Source of the DNA: Azolla caroliniana
Lineage: Eukaryota > Plantae > Polypodiophyta
Direction: 5' to 3'
DNA length: 64,000 nt
Assembly: GCA_043228905.1 (NCBI GenBank)
Contig: JBHGNT010000002.1
Coordinates: 4,960,001-5,024,000 of the forward strand
The position numbers and the translations under genes were made by a program. Shown in pieces: positions 50,265 to 60,419 of the stretch (the first letter of the stretch is position 1; every line of letters begins with the position of its first letter). The notes beneath the pieces were generated by a model. The model had not been told where the DNA came from. It did not search any database and saw only the letters and a program-made list of their open reading frames with translations.

Positions 50265-53200
50265 ATTCCTTCCAAGCAAGTTAGCAATGTGTTCCTAGCC
50301 CAAGTCATTGTTAGTACTAAAAGTACTCCCCCAGTACCCGTCCTAGCACTTTTAGATTCCGGAGCTAATTCCTGTTTCATGGATCGAAATTTTGCCCAAG
50401 CTTCTCAGATATCCTTAAGAAAACTTCCTTGTCCCGCATCTGTAGTGGTCATTGATGGTCGTCCCATTGCTTCCGGGAATATTGTAGAAGAATCAGAACC
50501 CATTCAAGTTGTCCTAGGTAGTTTTGTGTGTATAATATCATTTAATATAATTAGTAGTCCAGAGCATCCCATTGTCCTAGGATTACCTTGGCTTGAGTTA
50601 CATAATCCAGCCATAGATTGGAGAACAAGAGAAGTCCGATATCGACCACCCCAAGAATCAACTCGCCGAGTTTCGACCATTTCACTCCATCAACTACGCG
50701 AAGAAGGACCCAAGGAGGCAATGTTCCTATTTTCCATATCAGTACATCCTTCCAACACTATTAAGAAGGACTCCTCAGTACAACTTCCGGCAAAATATCA
50801 TCCTTATGCCGATGTATTTGACAAGGTAAAAGCCGGTACCCTTCCTCATCACCGTCCCTATGACTGTCCCATCGATTTACAACCAGGAACCGAGCCACCA
50901 TGGGGACCAATTTACAACCTGTCACCCACCGAGTTAGAAGTCCTTCGAGCCTACATAGAGGAGAACTTGGCAAGCGGGTTCATCCGTCATTCAAAATCTC
51001 CGGCCGGTGCACCCATCTTCTTTGTCAAGAAGAAAGATGGCTCACTTCGTCTTGTCGTTGATTACCGCGGATTAAATAAAGTCACCATCCGGAATAGGTA
51101 TGCACTTCCTCTTATATCAAGTCTTTTAGAGCGAGTTAATGGTGCCAAGTTTTTTACTAAAATCGACCTACGCGGAGCGTATAATCTCGTGCGGATCCGA
51201 CCGGGAGATGAGTGGAAGACCGCTTTTCGCACGCGGTATGGGCATTTTGAGTATACTGTTATGCCGTTTGGCCTAACCAATGCACCCGCAGTCTTCCAAC
51301 ACATGGCAAATGATATATTCAGAGACCTCTTGGATATCTGTTTGATCATTTATCTGGATGATCTGTTGATTTATTCGAAGACCCAGGAAGAGCACGACTC
51401 TCATGTACTATTAGTACTAAAGCGACTCCGCGAGAATGGTCTTTATGCCAAGCTAGAAAAATGTAGCTTTGACTGCAAGCAAGTGGAATTTCTAGGCTAC
51501 GTCATCTCCTCAAAGGGCATCGCCATGGATCCAGCTAAGATCCAAACTGTACTAGAGTGGCAAATTCCACGGTCGGTACGAGATGTACAATGTTTTCTAG
51601 GTTTTGCTAACTTCTACCGTAAGTTTATACAGGATTACTCGAAGATTATTTTACCTCTCACACAACTTACGAAGAAGGGCCAAGCATTTCTTTGGTCCAT
51701 TGAAGCAGATATGGCTTTTCGGCATCTTAAGAAAGCCTTTACATCAGCACCGATTCTAGCTCATGTGGATACAAGCAAACCATTCATCATGGAGGCCGAC
51801 GCATCAGATTTCGCCCTCGGTAGCATCCTTTCTCAACAAGGTGATAAAGAAGAGTTGCATCCGGTGGCTTTTCATTCGCGCAAATTCGATGTCGCAGAAA
51901 TCAACTACGAAATACATGACAAGGAGTTATTAGCCATCGTGGATTCATTTGTGCAATGGCGGCATTTCTTAGAGGGCTCTCCACATCAGGTCATTGTCTT
52001 CAGCGATCATAAAAATCTTGCTTATTTTCAGAACGCTCGCGTACTAAATCGACGGCAAGCTCGGTGGGCGCAATTCCTCACGCGTTTCGACTTCAAAATC
52101 ACATATCGACCGGGGAAGCAGCAAGGAAAAGCAGATGCACTATCACGACGTTCATATCTTGCACCTCGTCCTGGTGAAGCAACATTTGATAATCAAAAGC
52201 AAGTAATCTTGGGACCAACACGATTGCACACAACGCGGATTTTTCACACCCCGATGGATTCACGGATTACCGATGACATACGTGCAACCTTGAAGACGGA
52301 TAGTTTTGCTCAAGACATCCTGGCGCACATTGATACTTCTCGGGCATCCTGTTCTCAGTCTCAACAACCAGGTATTGACTACCGACAATTCGAATATCAT
52401 GATGGTTTGTTATTCTTTAAAAAGCGCGTATATGTCCCCGATTGCTCCTGTCGCCTTCAAATTGTCCAACATTGTCACGACACCCATACGGCGGGACATT
52501 TCGGTAGTACTAAGACGTTGGAGCTAGTGCAGCGATCTTTTTGGTGGCCCCACATGCGCCGTTTTGTCGACGACTACGTTCGGACCTGTGATGCTTGCTG
52601 CCGAGCAAAGATGCCACGACACCATCCATATGGCTTGTTGGAACCTTTACCAATTCCAAGTAAGCCATGGCAGTCTATTTGTCTTGATTTTATCACAGAT
52701 CTGCCGGTCTCGAAAGGGTTCGATGCTATCCTAACCGTCGTCGATCGATATACGAAGATGGCACATTTTGTGCCATGTACTAAAGCCATCACTAGCGAGG
52801 AAACCGCCGCTCTTGTTATGCGTGAGGTTTTTCGGCATCATGGCCTCCCAGACAGTATTATCAGTGACCGAGGCCCGCAATTTGTCTCCAAATTTTGGCA
52901 GCATCTCTTCAAGATGCTCAAGGTCTCCTGCAACCTCTCCTCCGGCTACCATCCTCAAACCGACGGACAGGCGGAACGAACAAACCAAACGCTGGAGCAA
53001 TATCTCCGGTGTTTCCTGAGTTATCAACAGGACGATTGGGCCGAGATTCTCCACTTTGCGGAGTTTGCGTATAATAATGCTATTCACTCCTCGACTCGGG
53101 TCTCCCCATTTTTCGCTTATACCGGTTTCCATCCTCGCTGGTCGGTGATCGACACTCCGGAGCTACCTACCAACCCTCGTGCCGAGGATCATTTGGAGAG

Positions 53201-53765
53201 GCTACGCAAGATCCAGATGGATCTCTCTACACACCTTCGTCATGCTCAACACACACAGAAGACTTATGCGGATCGTCATCGGATTCCCTCCTCTTTTGCC
53301 ATCGGAGATCGAGTATGGCTCTTACGTCGTCACATCAAGACTACTCGACCGTGCGACAAGTTGGATTATCGACGACTCGGTCCTTTCCGTATTACGGGGA
53401 AGATTAATGATGTCACCTTCCGCCTTGATCTCCCTCCGCAGCTTCAGATACATCCGGTTTTCCATTGTTCTCTTCTTGAACCTTATAAAGCAAACACCAT
53501 TCCCGATCGTGTGACACCACCGCCGCCACCACTGGAGTTGGACGCCGGCCCTGAGTATGAAGTTGCTGCCATCCTCGATTCCAAACTTGTTCGCAACAAA
53601 CTCTATTACTTGGTCGATTGGCTCGGTTATAGTCCGAGTGAACGTACTTGGGAACCCGTCGAGAATGTTGCCAATGCACAAGATCTTCTTGCTGATTTCC
53701 ACCGAAAGTATCCGGACAAACCCGGTCCGCAAGTAGCGCTGACTCATTCCACTCGTCGTCTTTAA
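50193..53765 (+). CDS. pol: Pol (protease-RT-RNase H-integrase-chromodomain), probably expressed by -1 frameshift from gag
   Basis: LLDSGA, YLDD, EADASD, HHCC, DFITDL...SDRG...GQAER, GPF, YEV..IL...YLVDWLGY...TWEP; no ATG start; -1 frame relative to gag. Confidence 0.95.
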   Translation: MSPAKIGAIWLDSSPRSVQPISGSIPSKQVSNVFLAQVIVSTKSTPPVPVLALLDSGANSCFMDRNFAQASQISLRKLPCPASVVVIDGRPIASGNIVEESEPIQVVLGSFVCIISFNIISSPEHPIVLGLPWLELHNPAIDWRTREVRYRPPQESTRRVSTISLHQLREEGPKEAMFLFSISVHPSNTIKKDSSVQLPAKYHPYADVFDKVKAGTLPHHRPYDCPIDLQPGTEPPWGPIYNLSPTELEVLRAYIEENLASGFIRHSKSPAGAPIFFVKKKDGSLRLVVDYRGLNKVTIRNRYALPLISSLLERVNGAKFFTKIDLRGAYNLVRIRPGDEWKTAFRTRYGHFEYTVMPFGLTNAPAVFQHMANDIFRDLLDICLIIYLDDLLIYSKTQEEHDSHVLLVLKRLRENGLYAKLEKCSFDCKQVEFLGYVISSKGIAMDPAKIQTVLEWQIPRSVRDVQCFLGFANFYRKFIQDYSKIILPLTQLTKKGQAFLWSIEADMAFRHLKKAFTSAPILAHVDTSKPFIMEADASDFALGSILSQQGDKEELHPVAFHSRKFDVAEINYEIHDKELLAIVDSFVQWRHFLEGSPHQVIVFSDHKNLAYFQNARVLNRRQARWAQFLTRFDFKITYRPGKQQGKADALSRRSYLAPRPGEATFDNQKQVILGPTRLHTTRIFHTPMDSRITDDIRATLKTDSFAQDILAHIDTSRASCSQSQQPGIDYRQFEYHDGLLFFKKRVYVPDCSCRLQIVQHCHDTHTAGHFGSTKTLELVQRSFWWPHMRRFVDDYVRTCDACCRAKMPRHHPYGLLEPLPIPSKPWQSICLDFITDLPVSKGFDAILTVVDRYTKMAHFVPCTKAITSEETAALVMREVFRHHGLPDSIISDRGPQFVSKFWQHLFKMLKVSCNLSSGYHPQTDGQAERTNQTLEQYLRCFLSYQQDDWAEILHFAEFAYNNAIHSSTRVSPFFAYTGFHPRWSVIDTPELPTNPRAEDHLERLRKIQMDLSTHLRHAQHTQKTYADRHRIPSSFAIGDRVWLLRRHIKTTRPCDKLDYRRLGPFRITGKINDVTFRLDLPPQLQIHPVFHCSLLEPYKANTIPDRVTPPPPPLELDAGPEYEVAAILDSKLVRNKLYYLVDWLGYSPSERTWEPVENVANAQDLLADFHRKYPDKPGPQVALTHSTRRL

Positions 53766-56700
53766 GGGGGAGATAGTGTCATGAGATGGCAAGACTCGAA
53801 CCCATGACCTTATGGTATATGGGTCGAGCTCTTAACCATCTCACCATCTATTGTAATTCATAGAATATTATTTTCATTTATGTTTTATTATAAGAAAGTA
53901 ATGTATATTCCAGATTTCTCTGGAACATTCTAGAAGCTTCAGGATTATTCCTGAGAACACTATAAAAGAAGGCACTAAGCATTATGTTGAACCAAATTGG
54001 TTCAACACCAGTCTTAAGCCTCTTAGTCGATTTGTACTTATCTTTCATATAATATAAGAGCTGTTGTCATCATCCTATTTCTCTCTCTCTCTCCTCTTCT
54101 CACTTCCTCTCTCTCTCGGGAATCTTACGCAGTCCCGTCCTCTTAGTACTAATAGTACTAATAGTACTACTCTTCTTAGTACTAATTCCATCTCTGTTTT
54201 AGTACTATTCCTGACACTTCCTTTCCTTGTTGTACTCCAGGGCGATATGTGATGAGGAAGTCAAAACGCGTCAGGAATTGTGCCCAATGAGCTTGACGTC
54301 GACTCAAGACTCTCGCATTTTGAAAGTATGTGAGGTTTTTATGATCATTGTAAACAATGATTTGGTGGGGAGAACCTTCTACGAGATGCGTCCATTGTTC
54401 AAACGAGTCTATAATGGCCATGAGCTCTTTGTCATGAATCTCATAATTGATGTCTGCAGCTTCAAATTTACGTGAATGGAAAGCAATTGGATGCAACTTT
54501 CCATCATCTCCAACCTACGACAAGATACTTTCTAGTGCAAAATCAAATGCATCCGCCTCGATGATAAAGGGTTTTTCTAGGTTAGCATGAAGTAGAATAG
54601 GAGTAGAAGTGAATGCTCTCTTTAGGTTTTCAAAAGCTTTGGCCGCACAGGAACTCCATGTGAACGACTTGTTCTTTTGTGTAAGCTCCGTGAGAGGCAT
54701 CACGATGTTCGAATAGTTCTTGATAAATTTGCGGTAAAAATTCGCAAATCCTAAGAAACACTGAACATCATGCACTGAGTGAGGTGTTTCCCAATTTAGA
54801 ATTGTCTACACCTTGGATGGATCCATAGATATACCTTGTTGTGAAACCACATACCCTAGAAACTCCACGTGGTTTTGATCAAAGCTACATTTCTCGAGTT
54901 TGGCATAGACCCCATATTCTCGTAAGCGTTGGAGGACTTGGCGGACATGTGTCATGCTCTTCTTGACATTTCGAGTAGATCAAGATGTCATCAAGATATA
55001 TTATGGTAAATGAATCCACGAAGTCGAGAATAATATCATTTGCCATGTGTTGAAAAACTGCGGGCGCATTCGTGAGACCAAAAGGCATAACCATGTACTC
55101 GAAATGTCCATATTGAGTACGGAATGTTGTCTTCCATTCATCTCCTGGACGTATCCGAACAAGGTTATATGCGCCTCGAAGGTCTAGCTTTGTGAAAACT
55201 TTAGCTCGACTAAGACGCTCTAGTAAACTCGATATCACATGTAGAGCATATCTATTTTGAACTATGATTTTGTTTAAACCTCGATAATCCACGACTAATC
55301 GTAAAGACCCATCTTTCTTCTTGACAAAGAATATGGGTGCACCAACAGGGCTTTTAGAATGTCGAATGAATCCATTTGCTAAGTGCTCATCTATATACTC
55401 TCGAAGGGCCTTGAGTTCAGAAGGTGATAAATTATATATTGGGCCCCATGGTGGCTCTTTCCCAAGTTGTAGATCGATCGGACAATCATAAGGATGATGG
55501 TTTGGAAAAGAACTAGCTTTAGTTTTGTTGAAAATGTCTTCAAAATCCAAGTACTTAGTATGGAGGTGATTACATGCCCCTTGTGAACTAGAGAATGGAT
55601 TTGTCGTTACTGCAAAGACAAACATATCATTTGTCCGCCCGTCTTCTCATAAGTTTTGTAGAGATATGAGCAAGATTTGGTGAGGTTTTGAATCTTGGTT
55701 GGTAGTAACAAGGTTGTTGGATTTAGGTTTTCTGCTGGAAATCATTGATTGCTCGATTTCTCCAGTCAATTTCAGGATTATGAAGCTCAAACCAAGGCAA
55801 ACCAAGGATAACCGGATGCTCAGGGCTACTAATTATATTGAAAGAAATCACACAAGCAAAGCTACCAAGGAATACTCGAATTGGTTTGGATTCTTCGACT
55901 ATATCCCCAGATGCAATAGGGCGACCATCAATGACTACAACGGATGCAAGACAAGGGAGGTTTCTCAATAGGATTTTTTGGGATAAAGCAAATTCTTTGT
56001 CCATAAAACAAGAGTTGGCTCCTGAATCTAAGAGAGCAGATGCAAGAACTCGATGACACCTAGAAGTGCTAATCTCAACTTGTGCTGAAAAAACTCTACT
56101 AACATGATTCAATAAAATGGAACCACTGCTTGGGGCTGACTTTATGTATTCTGGTTTGTCCAACCAAATGGCTCTGATTTTGATTGGACTTATTTGTTTA
56201 ATATTTCATCAAGTTGACTCAAGACCTCAAAACTATTGTACTGGCCTAGACATGTGGGGCTACTAGGGATAGATGATCTAACTGGGGAATTGGAATTAAG
56301 TTTCTCAGTAGTACTTACTTGGTTTACTTGTCGTTTTGGCATATGTGGGCAGGTGATTGCTATGTATCCCAGATCACCACAATACAAACATAGACAATTT
56401 GCTCGGCGTCGTTGCTTCTCAGCTTCAGACAAAGGCCCTCGACGACGTGTTACATCAATCTCCATCGGACTTGGACCAATTGATGGAATCATGTGTGAAG
56501 TTTGGGTAGTGCTTGTAGGTCTCGAGGCTACTACTGAAGCATATGTTTGATTTGTTTTTGGTCATGATATTAGTTGACGTTCTGAACGTCGCTTGAATAA
56601 GCGATTGTCACATCGCACCACACGACTTATTGCTTTTGTAAGTGATCTTGGATCTTCGTGGAAAGCTAATAACAAATCTTTTATATCATTTCGTAGTCCA

Positions 56701-58914
56701 TGGCGAAACTGATCCATTAATCCTTCTTCATCCCATGGAATATCACAAGCTAGGAGGCGGAAATTTGCGGCGTATGTGGAGGCGGGACGATCCCCTTCAC
56801 GTAGTCTTTGAATTTTATTGATCGTCGTTCTAACACTATCAGTGTCTCCAAAGTTTGCTTGAAATTCTTTAACAAAACCTTCAAACTCTTGAAGGAGAGG
56901 AGATTTCTTTTCTAGCAGTGGTGCAAACCATGCTAATGTCGTTCCTGTTAAGAGGGGTTCTACTAGTCCAACTCGAGTTGTATCAGTTGGATATCTATTA
57001 GGATGCATATGAATTACTAGACACACATGATTTAGAAATCCTCAAAACTGTGATCGATTACCATTGAACTTCCCAGGCAAACAAATCTTTGGTTCTTTGG
57101 GAGAGCTTTGTTGCATCAAAGCTTGTTGATGAAGAGACCGCAATGTTGTTTCGAGTTGCAATACACGTGTTGATAACTCGTCATATTGTTGCACCTTTTC
57201 TATGCTTACTTGTTGTAAATCTCCAAGCAATCGTTGATTCTCTTGCTCTAGAGCTAGAAACTTATTTGTGAGATGCTCGAGCTTAGAGAAGACTCAAACA
57301 TACTCTTGCTTGCTAACGGACTCGATGGCGACGATAACGCTTAGCTTGACAAAAGAAAGAGAGAAGATATTCTGGTTCAAACTTTCAAGGCCTTAGCTTG
57401 ACAAAAGAAGATTGAACAAGAGAGGAAAAGAAAGAGAGAACAATGACTATATTTTATTATAATAGGAAAATATACAAGAGCAAGAACTAGAATATTTGCC
57501 AAAGATTGGTGTTGAACCAGAATGGTTCTAACAATACAATATGTCCCATTTATATAGGAGTAGTATGTGCCTCTTGGATGTTTGTAGGGTCATGATACCC
57601 TTTGGGATGTTGTAGAGTCATGATACCCTTTGGGATATTGAAGGGTCATGACACCCTTTGGGATATTGAAGGGTCATGACACCCTTTGGATATTTATAGG
57701 GTTACATTATCAATATTATAATAAAGTAAATTATAATATCTTTATGTACAATATATATAACCTAATGGCTAGAGCTAAGTGCTTCTCCTTAGGAGGTCAC
57801 CCTAAACTTGATGGGGTTTCATCTACTCATGACAATTCTAGCACAAATTGATCCCTCTCGGGCATCTTGTTTGTAGTCGCAACAACCAGGTATGGAGTAT
57901 CGACAATTCAAATGTCATGATGGATTACTATTCTTTAAGAAAATCTTGTATGTTCTTAATGGTTCTAGTCGCCTTCGAGTAGTCCAATTGTCATGACTCA
58001 TATACAGCTGGGCATTTCGATAGTACTAAAGCGTTGGATTTAGTACAACGATCATTCTGGTGGCCTCATATGCGACGATTTGTCAAAGACTATGTTCTGA
58101 CATGTGATACATGTTGCAGGGCAAAGATGCCTAGACATTGGAACCATATGGTTTATTGGAACCATTGCAAATTCCAAGTAAGCCGTGGCAATCCATTTCT
58201 CTAGATTTCATCATAGATGTTATAGTTTCAAAGGGATTCAATGCGATCTTAACAGTAGTAGATCAATATACAAAGATGGCACATTTTGTACCCTGTATTA
58301 AGGAAATCACTAGTGAAGAAACCGCTGAAACTGTAATGCGAGAGGTATGTCTGCATCATGGCCTCCCCAATAGCATCATCAGCGCCGTGGACCCCAATTC
58401 GTCTCAAAATTCTGGAAGCATCTCTTCAAAATGCTCAAGGTCACTTGTAATCTCTCCTCCGGCGATCACCTGCAAACAAACGAATAAGCAGAACGAATGA
58501 ATCAAATGTTGGAACAGTATCTTCGGTGTTTTCTAAGCTATCAACAAGATGATTGGGCGGATATTCTCCAATTTGCAGAATTTGCGCATAATAAATCTGT
58601 CCACTCATCGACTAGGGTTACACCATTTTATGGTTATATGGGCTATCATCCTCGGTGGTGTGTATTCGAAACTCTGGAGTTACCCATAAATCCTTCTGCA
58701 GAGGATCATTGGGAGTTGCTACGCAAGATATAGGCAGACTTATCTACTCATTTACAACAAGCTCAACAAACACAGAAGGATTATGCGGATCGTCATCGGC
58801 TTCCATCTAGTTTTAACATTGGAGATCGGGTATGGCTATTACGACGACACATCAAGACTACTCAACCATGCGATAAATTGGATTATCGGCGATTAGGTCC
58901 TTTCCGTATTATCG

Positions 58915-59607
58915 GAAAAATTAATGATGTCGCTTTTCGTCTCGATCTACCTTCGCAACTATGGATGCATCCGGTTTTTCATAGTTCTCTTCTCGAAACC
59001 GTATCACGACAACACTATTCCGAATCGTATTATACCACCTCCACCCTCGATCGAGAAAATTAATGATGTCGCTTTTCGTCTTGATCTACCTTCGCAACTA
59101 CGGATGCATCTGGTTGTTCATAGTTCTCTTCTCGAACCGTATCACGACAACACTGTTCCGAATCGTATTATACCACCTCCACCCTCGCTTGAGAAAATGA
59201 ATGATGTCGTTTTTCGTCTCGATCTACCTTCGCAACTACGGATACATCCAGTTTTTCATAGTTCTCTTCTCGAACCGTATCACAACAACACTATTCCGAA
59301 TCATATTATACCACATCCACCCTCCATCGAGAAAATTAATGATGTCGCTTTTCGTCTTGATCTACCTTCGCAACTACAGATACATCCGGTTTTTCATAGT
59401 TCTCTTCTCGAACCGTATCACGACAACACTATTCCGAATCGTATTATACCACCTCCACCCTCGATCGAGAAAATTAATGATATCACTTTTCGTCTCGATC
59501 TACCTTCGCAACTACGGATACAACCGGTTTTTCATAGTTCTCTTCTTGAACCGTATCACGACAACACTATTCCGAATCGTATTATACCACCTCCACCCTC
59601 GATCGAG
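58915..59607 (+). repeat. 5 x 138-bp tandem repeat in the Chromo-C integrase C-terminus
   Basis: [46 protein letters not shown] repeated five times; single copy in Chromo-D and Chromo-E. Confidence 0.95.
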
Positions 59608-59960
59608 CTTGAAGCAAGACCAGAGTACAAAGTAGCTGCCATCCTTGATTTCAAGATTGTTCGTAACAAGCTCTACTATTTGGTCGATTGGCTAGGCTAT
59701 AGTCCAAGTGAGCGTACTTGGGAACTGTTCGAGAATGTGGTAAATGCTCAAGCTCTTGTTGAGGACTTTCATCGACTATATCCCGACAAGCCAGGTCCTC
59801 CATCTAAGACGACTAGTAGCATTCGTCGTCTTAAAGGGGGGGTAGTGTCATGATATAGGTATGGCTTTAAAAGGATTTGAACCCATGACCTTGTGCCACA
59901 TGGGTGAAAGCCTTGCCATTAAGCTATAAGTTGTAAAACAAAAAATATTATTTCCATTTG

Positions 59961-60157
59961 TTATTTCACTTAGGAAATCCATGTATATTCTAGATTTCTT
60001 TGGAACATTCTAGAAATGTCAAGAGTATTTCTAAAGCCACTATAAAAAGAGGCACATGGCATTATCAAGAACCAAATCGTTTCAACGCTAGTCTTAAGCC
60101 TCCTAGCTGTTCTTGTATCTTTCTTCTTATAATATAATATACTTCTTGTTGTCATCA

Positions 60158-60203
<46 letters not shown>

Positions 60204-60410
60204 TATTTCACTTAGGAAATCCATGTATATTCTAGATTTCTTTGGAACATTCTAGAAATGTCAATAGTATTTCTAAAGCCACTATAAAAAGAGGCACATG
60301 GCATTATCAAGAACCAAATCGGTTCAACGCTAGTCTTAAGCCTCCTAGTTGTTCTTGTATCTTTCTTCTTATAATATAATATACTTCTTGTTGTCATCAT
60401 TATCTCTCTC
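59961..60410. repeat. Tandem duplication (~242-bp period) in the Chromo-C 3' LTR, with (CT)n at the junction
   Basis: ttatttcacttaggaaatcc...tcatcattatctctctc twice; (CT)n at 60161-60200. Confidence 0.9.
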
Positions 60411-60419
60411 ATCATTATA

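Larger units (their letters stand above)
48530..54216 (+). mobile_element. Chromo-E: intact chromovirus LTR retrotransposon
   Basis: 440-bp LTRs 48530-48969 and 53777-54216, identical by eye; TSD CTTCC; PPT AAGGGGGAGATAG; uninterrupted gag and pol. Confidence 0.98.
46439..57834 (-). mobile_element. Chromo-D: degenerate chromovirus interrupted by Chromo-E
   Basis: LTRs 57383-57834 and 46439-46894; TSD ATTCT; gag, PR, RT, RH, IN and chromodomain remnants on the minus strand. Confidence 0.95.
41998..60410 (+). mobile_element. Chromo-C: degenerate chromovirus (Tcn1-like Ty3/gypsy), host to a solo LTR and Chromo-D/E
   Basis: 5' LTR 41998-42437; 3' LTR from 59846 (internally duplicated, cut by a LINE, U5 and right TSD not in window); PPT AAAGGGGGGGTAG; gag, LLDSGA, YLDD, RH, IN, chromodomain (YLVDWLGY...TWE). 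Confidence 0.92.

Noticed and set aside
26765-54221. Same TSD CTTCC for Copia-2 and Chromo-E as a shared target preference
   Set aside because: Different superfamilies, and related elements here have other TSDs (AGTCT, ATTCT); likely coincidence.
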